From a virus (taxonomy: Duplodnaviria; Caudoviricetes): a DNA stretch of 54,968 nt. The stretch covers positions 1 to 54,968 of IMG/VR virus record IMGVR_UViG_3300013005_000003. The stretch is one strand, 5' to 3'. The position numbers were made by a program, and so were the translations under genes. The stretch's first letter is position 1. The number at the start of each line of letters is the position of its first letter. Of the stretch, positions 33,942 through 41,877 are shown one piece after another. The notes beneath the pieces are model-generated. The model saw only the letters and a program-made list of their open reading frames with translations. It was not told the DNA's origin and made no database searches.

Positions 33942-36900
33942 TTCTACCTGATTGTAGATCCGGTTGAAGCGCACGAACTCCGCATCGGTGCGCTCCCGAA
34001 GAGCTTCAAGGCGCTCAGCCTTCACACCCTCATCGATATCCAGATTCCGAATGCGCTTGCGCTCTTCGTTCAGTTTACGAACCGCAGAGCGGGTAGCGGT
34101 CAAGGCCGACTGGACACGCGGATTGGTTTCCGCCGGGAACTTCTCGATCAGCGCACGCCTTTCAAGACCCGTCAGATCCTTCATCTGCTGGTTCACGACG
34201 CGCGCCCGCTCTTCGCGTTCGTAATACTCACCCACGTTGCGCCCCTTACCCGGCTGCCCAACAAGGCGGCGGACCACAGGAGCGGCCACGGCATCACCCT
34301 CTTCACCCGTCCGATAGAGTGACTTGGCCAGATTGGTCACGCCACCGAAGGCAAACTCTGTGAGGTATTCGAAGCTCTCAGCAGGGGCATTCAGGTTGCC
34401 CTTCAGCTTGCCCTCTCCGCCGCTGATGTCGTTCAGGAACTGAGACAGTTCCTTGTAACCCTCAGGCGTATTGAACCGGGCGACAGAGGCGTAGGACTGA
34501 CCCTTGTCGAACGGCTCATTGTAGATCGGCTTGCCCATGAAGTTCTCGTTGAGCATGAGTTCAACGAACGGCTTGCCCATCGTCGGCGTTGCCGCGCGGG
34601 CAATCGAACTGGGGATGTTGCCGGCACTGAACTGCACTGGCGAGAAGTTGCCAAGGCCGGCAGTTGCGATGTCCAGACCGACAGCGCCGAGATCGTCACC
34701 GCGACGGGCGGCATCCATCGTCCGGGTTGCCAGATACGGGAAGAAGCCAAAGCCGTAGGGCATCGGGATCTTGGTATAGGTCTTACCGTCCAGCGGGTTC
34801 ATGATGATGAGGTTGCGCTCTTTCTCGTAGTCCGGGATCTTATCCCAGAAGAGCTTGCCGTCATCGTCTTCGTCGGACAGCGCCGCGTTCGCAGCTGCCA
34901 ACGTGGCAGCCGTGGTCATCATGCCGAGCAGCGCCGCCTGCGTGGTGGACAGCTTGCCGGTCTTCAACGGGTTGTTCGACAGCGCCCGCGCGGTGCGGAC
35001 GCTACCCTGAATGCCGGCATTGAAGAAGGCGTACAGAGCGTTCAGCAGAGCGCCAGCCTCACCCCGACGGTTGAAGTCCACGGTCGCCTCGCGCGAGATC
35101 ATAGCCGCCTGCTCGCGGGTCATGCCGATTTCGAGCGCCGCCCTGTAAGCGGCGAAGCGGACACTGTTTTCGAAGGTGGCGTTGGTGCTTTCGAGGGCAC
35201 CGACCATCGCGCGGAAGCCCTTGCCGGTCGGATTCCACACAGCTTCGATAGCCTGCTTGGCGCTGCGGGCGTCCTTCAAATCCTTCAGGCTGTCATTGAC
35301 CGTCTTCAGATCCTTCTGGATCCGAGCCGCGGCCTCTTGCGGCGTCTCGCGCTGCACCCACGACACCGATCCACCGTCGAGTTTGAACTGCTCGTACAGT
35401 TCGCGCAGCGCGGGATCTCCACCCTCACGGCCATACTCGAAGGCGGCGACACTACGGAATGCCTTGCCGTCCTTAATCTTATCCCTGAACGCCTTCAGCA
35501 GACCGGGCGCCTCAGCACCAAGGTTCAGCGCCGCGGACTGCAGATCGCGGAAGACGTTCGGCACGAAGAAGTCCGGGTTCGCCGTCGTGAACGAGCGTGA
35601 CAGCATGCGCGTCAGGTTGCTCGAAATCTGCAGGAGCGAGTTCATCTGCTGCGGGTTCAGGTTCTTCGCAGCCTTCGCCAACAGGGGGTCATCGATGCGC
35701 AGGTAGAACGTGTCGCCGCCGCGCTTCACCACCATGAAGTTCGGGTCGAACGGCGACGGGCGCTGGATGTCGCCGTTCCGATTGCGCGGCGGGTTCCGAT
35801 AGCTGAACACCTTCCACGACTCAGACGGGTTATCGATGAAGAACGTCATCAGCTTCTGGCCAACGCGGTTGCGCTCGCCGCGAACGATGGACGTGCCCAC
35901 ATCGGAGACAAACGTGCCAAGCGGAGAGAAGCCCAGACTGGTGCGACCGCGCGTATCGTACCACTCGCGGACGCTGACACCGAAGCCGCTGCCGCCGTAG
36001 CCCATCACGTCCTCGAAGTCCTCAGCGGGCTCAGTCAGGTTCTCGTCAATGATGGATCCCTTCATCGGGACGTAGTCAGGCTCTTCGCGCAGCAGCTGCT
36101 CGCCGATCTCGCGGGACACGAGGCCGCGCTGGATGTTATTCTCCATCCGCTCCTTGTTGGCACGGTTGAAGATCTCGCCGATGCGCTCAAGGGCCGGGAA
36201 GTAATCCTGACTTCGGTAGCCGTTCATTATTCGGTCGGCTTCCTGATCCGTCATGCCGGAACCGGATTCAGGAATCTTGCCGTCAGCTGCGGCCTTTGCA
36301 ATCGCCGCCTGAACGTCGGCGTCCGCGTCAATGATGGCTGTTTGGATTTCCGCTTCGGTAGCGCCATCAGCCTCCATCTCGCTGATGATTTTATTGTACA
36401 TCTTGGTGCGGATCTCGTTCTCCGCCTTGGCCTTCAGGCGCGCGTTACGAGCCCGCGCCGCACGGGCGTAGAGATAGGCGTCAACTGTTTCCAGACTGAG
36501 CCCAGCCTCCTTCATGATCTTTTCAATAGGCTGGAAGTAGTCCCGGTTGAACTTCGCCATCAGTTCACCGGCACGGCTATCGAACTTGCGGGCAGCCTCG
36601 TAGAAACCCTCGATGCCAGCGCGCAGCTGGCCAAGGTTTTGCACCACGCGCAGCCGCTCGAAGCGGTCGATGATCTTGCGAACCCAGCCTTCGACGCGCG
36701 TCTCTTTGGTCGGCGTGATGGGAGGCGGCGGCGACGGGGCAGGCTGCTGCGGCGGAGGCTGCTGCGGAGGAGGTGGCGGCGGGGGCTGCTGCGGAGGAGG
36801 CGGGGGTGATGGCGGCGTGGGCGAAGGGGGTGATGACGGAATCCCCCCAAACTCAACTGCAGACGCCACAACGCCAGCGGTCACATCAGCAATCCCCGCC

Positions 36901-39476
36901 TGACTTTCTGGAATGATCCTGTCAGAAATCTCAATCAGCCGAGCGAGTGCGTTCTGATCTTTTGGACCCACGCCAAGCAGTTTACCGATGTAGCGCACGA
37001 AGTCGGTGAACGCATTGCCCGTCTTGGTCGGGATGGTCTTCAGATAGTTCTGAAAATTGCTGTCAGTCAGGCCCCACGCGAGTATCTCGTTGGGATCTTG
37101 ACGGTAAAGCCTAAACTTCTTAGTCCATCCAAGCGTCCCAGCTTTCTCGTCTTCACGCATCCTCTTTGCAACGACCCTAGACAGGGCCTTCAAATCTTTA
37201 ACCGCCTTGCTGATTTCAGAGTTGGGAGGGAGTTTATCCGCCTTATCAATCGCAAGTATAGTAACCGCGTGGATAAGCTCGTGAGCCAGAGTTCTTTCAG
37301 CTGTGCCGGGGATAATCGCATCCATGCCGCCCACAACGACGCTCACCGACGGTTCCCGCAATCGCCAAGAAGTCTGACCCCGCTCAGTCGTTTTAAGCTG
37401 AATGCCGGGCAGGCCCTGCTTGCCCTTAGTCTGAACGCCAATGCGAAGCTGGATACCAACTTTCTCGAACTCATCCAAAATGTTTGCAACGCGCGGCATG
37501 ATGGTGCGAGTGGTGTCGAGGATGGCATTCTGACCCAGTTCGCGCGCCACCTGCGGCATCGTCTTGCCGGCAATCATCTTCTGGATTTCAGCCGTCGCAG
37601 TCTCCGCAGCGGCGAACTGCTCAGGCGTGATCGGCTCGACGTCCTCAATCGGAGTGGCGGATATGGCTCCCTTCGGAGGGGTTATATCAATCGGACCTGA
37701 CGGCGTTTCGACCGATGCAAACCTAGACACGGGTTCAGCGGAAGGCGCCTCGACTGGCGGTGCGGTAGGCGCAAACTCTTGGTTGCGCTTAATAATATCA
37801 GGCAGAACGTCAACAAGATCTCCGTTTCGGTTTTCCCAAACATGCTCCAGCTGATCGATGGAGATGGGGCCTTCCTTGCCCACGAGGTTCTCGCTTTTAC
37901 CTACAAGGGTAAACTCACCCTCCTTAGGCCGCGCAAACACACCGGTTGGCACTGCCGTATCGGATTCCCCAAAATAAATCTGCGCAGATTTCTGCTTACC
38001 GTAACCACCGGGTTTTGGGCGCACCAAGCCGGATGAAATCATATCGTCAATTTGATCTTGCTTCGTACCACGGACAACGAAAGGCTTATCCGTTTGCTCC
38101 ACAGTAATTTTGGGAACGCCGCTCCCTCGGAATACATCGTCTGGACGTACAACTGCAGCCCTAGCGGACGTCGGCTCAGTCTCCGCCGCGCGCTCAGCGT
38201 TCGCCGTTTCCTCTGAAGGCGGCGTCGCAGCCGCCTTCTGTCTTGCCTCCCACTCCTCACGGGGGATGGTCTCGATCCTGCCATCCGGATATTCGATAGT
38301 TACTTCGTCGTCTTCAATCGTGACAGTCGCGCCAGCAGGGCCAGCAGGCGGTGGCTTAGAGACGGGCGGAACACCGAACGGTGTAGCCGGGACGCCAAGC
38401 CCAGCCTCAGGCTCCCCAGCCGGCGGCGGCGGAGGCGGCTCTGTTCCCGGCTCAGCTTCCGGCTCAGCTTCCGGCCCACGCAAGCCGCTAATAGCGCCTG
38501 CTCCGCCGCCCATCGTTCCGCCAAGGATCAGACCGGCAGCCGCGCGACCGCCGAGACCTTCGGTGAGTTCCACGTTCGGATCGATGGCCTGCGCGCCGAC
38601 GTTTTCAGCGACGCCCTGCCCGGTTTCCTGAACGATTTCGGTGCCGCCTTCACGGATGGCACCTTCAGCCCCACCGCGAAGAACACCCCGACGCAAGCCA
38701 CCGGTCAGCAACGCGGCTTCAATTCCAAGCGGGCCAGTGACAGCCGCAATCGGAACGGCGACAGCAGCAGCGCGGCGAGCAGCAGAGATAGCCGCAGCGT
38801 TACGTGCCTCTTCAGGTGTTGCCCCTTCAGCGATGGCGGCCTGATATGCGTCTGAGCGTGCCACCACTTCCTGCGGCATCTGGCTCACGCGGTCATAGGT
38901 AGCCTGCGCCGCGTCGCCACCAACGATGGCCGACTCGCCAGTGGCAGCGCCTACCAGAGCGCCACGCTTTGCTGCCTGCTGGCCAATCAGACGTCCAGCC
39001 AGAGCGCGACCAGCAAGGCCAGCGCCGCCCGTACCGATCATAGCCGGCGCCGTCTGGGCAATGCCTGCCGCCAGCGACAGAGGATCGGTCAGTAGTTCTT
39101 TGGCCTGCTGCCCGAAGCCAGAGAGGAAGCCTTCCTTCCCGGCCTCTTCAACGCGCGCCGCCTGCTGGCGCTGGCGCTCACGGAAAGCCTCCGTCTGGAG
39201 CTCTTCGCCGAACTCCTCGACAGACCGACCGGCGCGCGTAGAGATGTTGTCCATGTCGCCGGTAACAAGGCCGGCAAGCTGGCCGGGAAGAGATACGATC
39301 TGACCAGCGCCGCGCACGAGCGCGCCACCCACGTCACGGAGGACGGAGGTTTCAGCTTTCGGAATGCTCGCAGCATTTGCCTGCACGTATGCGATAGCAT
39401 CCTGCTGGGTCGCCCCTTCAGGTGCATTCACCTCATACATTGTTCCATCTGGGGACTTAACGCGGAACCTAGGCAT
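33927..39476 (-). CDS. large ejection/polyvalent protein with C-terminal LPD38-like domain
   Basis: 1849 aa; Gly/Ala hydrophobic N-region; HELIH zincin-like motif; TVDFNRRG..LYAFFNAGIQG, IPDYEKERNLI and NENFMGKPI. Confidence 0.8.
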   Translation of the reverse strand: MPRFRVKSPDGTMYEVNAPEGATQQDAIAYVQANAASIPKAETSVLRDVGGALVRGAGQIVSLPGQLAGLVTGDMDNISTRAGRSVEEFGEELQTEAFRERQRQQAARVEEAGKEGFLSGFGQQAKELLTDPLSLAAGIAQTAPAMIGTGGAGLAGRALAGRLIGQQAAKRGALVGAATGESAIVGGDAAQATYDRVSQMPQEVVARSDAYQAAIAEGATPEEARNAAAISAARRAAAVAVPIAAVTGPLGIEAALLTGGLRRGVLRGGAEGAIREGGTEIVQETGQGVAENVGAQAIDPNVELTEGLGGRAAAGLILGGTMGGGAGAISGLRGPEAEPEAEPGTEPPPPPPAGEPEAGLGVPATPFGVPPVSKPPPAGPAGATVTIEDDEVTIEYPDGRIETIPREEWEARQKAAATPPSEETANAERAAETEPTSARAAVVRPDDVFRGSGVPKITVEQTDKPFVVRGTKQDQIDDMISSGLVRPKPGGYGKQKSAQIYFGESDTAVPTGVFARPKEGEFTLVGKSENLVGKEGPISIDQLEHVWENRNGDLVDVLPDIIKRNQEFAPTAPPVEAPSAEPVSRFASVETPSGPIDITPPKGAISATPIEDVEPITPEQFAAAETATAEIQKMIAGKTMPQVARELGQNAILDTTRTIMPRVANILDEFEKVGIQLRIGVQTKGKQGLPGIQLKTTERGQTSWRLREPSVSVVVGGMDAIIPGTAERTLAHELIHAVTILAIDKADKLPPNSEISKAVKDLKALSRVVAKRMREDEKAGTLGWTKKFRLYRQDPNEILAWGLTDSNFQNYLKTIPTKTGNAFTDFVRYIGKLLGVGPKDQNALARLIEISDRIIPESQAGIADVTAGVVASAVEFGGIPSSPPSPTPPSPPPPPQQPPPPPPPQQPPPQQPAPSPPPPITPTKETRVEGWVRKIIDRFERLRVVQNLGQLRAGIEGFYEAARKFDSRAGELMAKFNRDYFQPIEKIMKEAGLSLETVDAYLYARAARARNARLKAKAENEIRTKMYNKIISEMEADGATEAEIQTAIIDADADVQAAIAKAAADGKIPESGSGMTDQEADRIMNGYRSQDYFPALERIGEIFNRANKERMENNIQRGLVSREIGEQLLREEPDYVPMKGSIIDENLTEPAEDFEDVMGYGGSGFGVSVREWYDTRGRTSLGFSPLGTFVSDVGTSIVRGERNRVGQKLMTFFIDNPSESWKVFSYRNPPRNRNGDIQRPSPFDPNFMVVKRGGDTFYLRIDDPLLAKAAKNLNPQQMNSLLQISSNLTRMLSRSFTTANPDFFVPNVFRDLQSAALNLGAEAPGLLKAFRDKIKDGKAFRSVAAFEYGREGGDPALRELYEQFKLDGGSVSWVQRETPQEAAARIQKDLKTVNDSLKDLKDARSAKQAIEAVWNPTGKGFRAMVGALESTNATFENSVRFAAYRAALEIGMTREQAAMISREATVDFNRRGEAGALLNALYAFFNAGIQGSVRTARALSNNPLKTGKLSTTQAALLGMMTTAATLAAANAALSDEDDDGKLFWDKIPDYEKERNLIIMNPLDGKTYTKIPMPYGFGFFPYLATRTMDAARRGDDLGAVGLDIATAGLGNFSPVQFSAGNIPSSIARAATPTMGKPFVELMLNENFMGKPIYNEPFDKGQSYASVARFNTPEGYKELSQFLNDISGGEGKLKGNLNAPAESFEYLTEFAFGGVTNLAKSLYRTGEEGDAVAAPVVRRLVGQPGKGRNVGEYYEREERARVVNQQMKDLTGLERRALIEKFPAETNPRVQSALTATRSAVRKLNEERKRIRNLDIDEGVKAERLEALRERTDAEFVRFNRIYNQVEEATR

Positions 39477-39490
39477 GCCCGGACCCTATA

Positions 39491-40930
39491 TTAAAACTTA
39501 ATGGCTGACCACCCTGCGCCACCGGTCGGAGCAGCTATCGCCGTGCGTGTCGAGGCGCCCCTTCCCTGACCCGGGGCAGGAGCAGCAGGGGTGCCATCCG
39601 GTAGAAGCATCGGGCCAGCGCCGCCCGGGGGACGCCCAAACGTCTTCTGAAAAGCAAGACGCATGGCCTCCCTGCGGTTGAGGGCCGCCTTGTATTTTGC
39701 GAATTTAGCCGCGTCCATGCCGGCTTTAACACCCTTAGCCTGTTCGTAATCTGCCTTATACTCTTCGAGGGCCTCTCGCATTTTTTCGTCAGCCGCGATG
39801 AAATTTTGCTCGGCGGTGTACTGCTGATTGGCAGTCATTTCGCGCGCCCGATCAGCAGGCCCACGCCGGTTTTCGTCGGCTTGTGATCGTGTCAAATCAA
39901 GACCAGCCTGCGCCTCTGCCTCCGCATATTTTGCGTTGACCCCAGCCGTCTGGGCCTGCGCCAAGGCGGTATCAAGAACCGGCTTACCCAGAGCAATATT
40001 TCGAACTAAGCCTTCGCTCGCAGTGGCAAGTTCCAATGTGCCCTTGTCATAGTCACGACCGGACCGGATGATGTCTCTGGCCTCCTTCTGGGCCTGCTTT
40101 AGTGCATCATAATTCCTGAGCACCAGATCGTCGCGGGCCTCACCTACACGCTCAATGCCTGACAATCTCTGCTGACGAGACTGTTCATACTTCTCAGTCC
40201 CAGCTTGAAGACCACGGCTCAGCGCTTCGACGAGGCTCTCACCGTCACGACCCTGAGCCAACGCGGCGCCGCCAGCAATCAGCGCCTCCCACGGGGAGCG
40301 GGCCCTCGCTTCCTCCATCAATTCTTCGCGGCGGGCTAATCGCGCTTCTTGATTCGTCAAAGCGGCCCGCACTTCCTCTGGGATCTGGGCATTCTCTGTG
40401 GCCAGCGCCTCGCCTTCCAGCGCGCCCGCGCGGTCGGTCAGCATTTGCAAACGAGTCTGTAAACGAGTCCGGTCGAGGATGTTGTCTTTGTTTGCTGGCA
40501 TGGCAGCCAGCGCGGTTTGAACTTCCGCGATCTGTTGCTGCGTGCTTGCCAGCGCCTGCCGATAGCTCGACTGAGGAGCCGCCCTCTCAGGGGCTGCACG
40601 CTGCGGGGCGGCGGCCACGGGCAGTTCTTGCACCTGCGGCTGAGGGGCCTGCGGTGGCGCCATCGGCGGAGCCTGCGGCGGCGCCACCGGAACCGTTGGC
40701 TTAGGAGCAACCAGCTGTACGCCGGGTTGCATTGGAGCAGGCGTGGCAGGCGTCACAGTGCGCGGCGCCGCCATCAGTGCTGCGCTAATCGCCGTACCGG
40801 GCGCACCCGCACCCTCTGCTTTTGCAATGATCTGCTGCACAAGATCTTCTCTGGTCAGACCATCATTCTGCCCGGACATGATCAACTGCTCAGCGAGAGC
40901 GCGAGCCTTTCTAATATCCATCCGTGCCAT
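39491..40930 (-). CDS. putative ejection (DNA transfer) protein
   Basis: helical, Ala/Gln-rich; between nozzle and the giant protein. Confidence 0.6.
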   Translation of the reverse strand: MARMDIRKARALAEQLIMSGQNDGLTREDLVQQIIAKAEGAGAPGTAISAALMAAPRTVTPATPAPMQPGVQLVAPKPTVPVAPPQAPPMAPPQAPQPQVQELPVAAAPQRAAPERAAPQSSYRQALASTQQQIAEVQTALAAMPANKDNILDRTRLQTRLQMLTDRAGALEGEALATENAQIPEEVRAALTNQEARLARREELMEEARARSPWEALIAGGAALAQGRDGESLVEALSRGLQAGTEKYEQSRQQRLSGIERVGEARDDLVLRNYDALKQAQKEARDIIRSGRDYDKGTLELATASEGLVRNIALGKPVLDTALAQAQTAGVNAKYAEAEAQAGLDLTRSQADENRRGPADRAREMTANQQYTAEQNFIAADEKMREALEEYKADYEQAKGVKAGMDAAKFAKYKAALNRREAMRLAFQKTFGRPPGGAGPMLLPDGTPAAPAPGQGRGASTRTAIAAPTGGAGWSAIKF

Positions 40931-41877
40931 CAGCGTACATCCTTCAGCCAGCCAAGCCCGTGCATCGGGCTCTTAATGTTACGCTTACCGTCCTTGACGG
41001 GGCTCTCGACCTTGCCGCCTTTCTTGAATCCACCAAACCCACCGAATCTACCGAACGCCCCCAAGGCTTGGCTTGCTAAGCCCAAAATGGCGGCAGTGTT
41101 ATTCCTACCCGGCTCGTCGGTAATCCGCGTCCCAGTCCCCTGCGCCGAAGGCGTGCCGCCAATGCCTGCCAACTGCTGCAACTGCGTGAGCGGGTAATCA
41201 CGCTGACGCTCAAAATCGCTATACGCCAGATTCGCAGACGTCTGACCCAGTTCCTGACGCTTCGCGCCGATAGCCTCAAGGCCGGTCAATTCACGCAAGC
41301 GCTGCTCTTGAGCGCTTTGTCCCAGCTGCGAATATTGTTGAGCCCCCGTCAGCGCGCGGGCGGCTTCATTGCCATACAGATCAGCGCCCGCCCCATATGC
41401 GTCGGCCAGCGCTGCTGTCTGCTTGTCCAACGCCTGACTCTGCGTGTCGCGAACCGCACGGCGCATGAACTCAGCACTGCGCGAGCCGCCGAACGTGCCG
41501 CTGCCCACGAAGGTGCGATTAAGCTGAGGCAGAATATTCTCAGACAGGTTGCGCGCTGCCGTCGATCCAATCCCAGAAATGACGTTCTGGATGTACGGAT
41601 TCATGTATCGCTGAGCCACGCCGGGATCCGTGAACGATCCCGTGCCCCGATTGAGCGCCTGCGTGGCAGAGTTCACGTAGGGCTGATACGAGCCCATGCC
41701 CTGCTTAAACAGGTCGAACGCCTGCTGCTGCTCCTGCTGGAACGGCGCAATGCGGGCAACGTCATACCGCTGATACGGCTGCGAAGTGGCGGCTTGCGCC
41801 TTGGTCAGAAGGTTCGTGGCGTAATCAGTATACCACTGCGGCAAGATAGTCTGGGTCTGGGTAGTCTGCGTAGCCAT
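40930..41877 (-). CDS. putative ejection (DNA transfer) protein
   Basis: YMNPYIQNV, GTFGGSR and DFERQRDYP; C-terminal FKKGGKV. Confidence 0.7.
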   Translation of the reverse strand: MATQTTQTQTILPQWYTDYATNLLTKAQAATSQPYQRYDVARIAPFQQEQQQAFDLFKQGMGSYQPYVNSATQALNRGTGSFTDPGVAQRYMNPYIQNVISGIGSTAARNLSENILPQLNRTFVGSGTFGGSRSAEFMRRAVRDTQSQALDKQTAALADAYGAGADLYGNEAARALTGAQQYSQLGQSAQEQRLRELTGLEAIGAKRQELGQTSANLAYSDFERQRDYPLTQLQQLAGIGGTPSAQGTGTRITDEPGRNNTAAILGLASQALGAFGRFGGFGGFKKGGKVESPVKDGKRNIKSPMHGLGWLKDVR

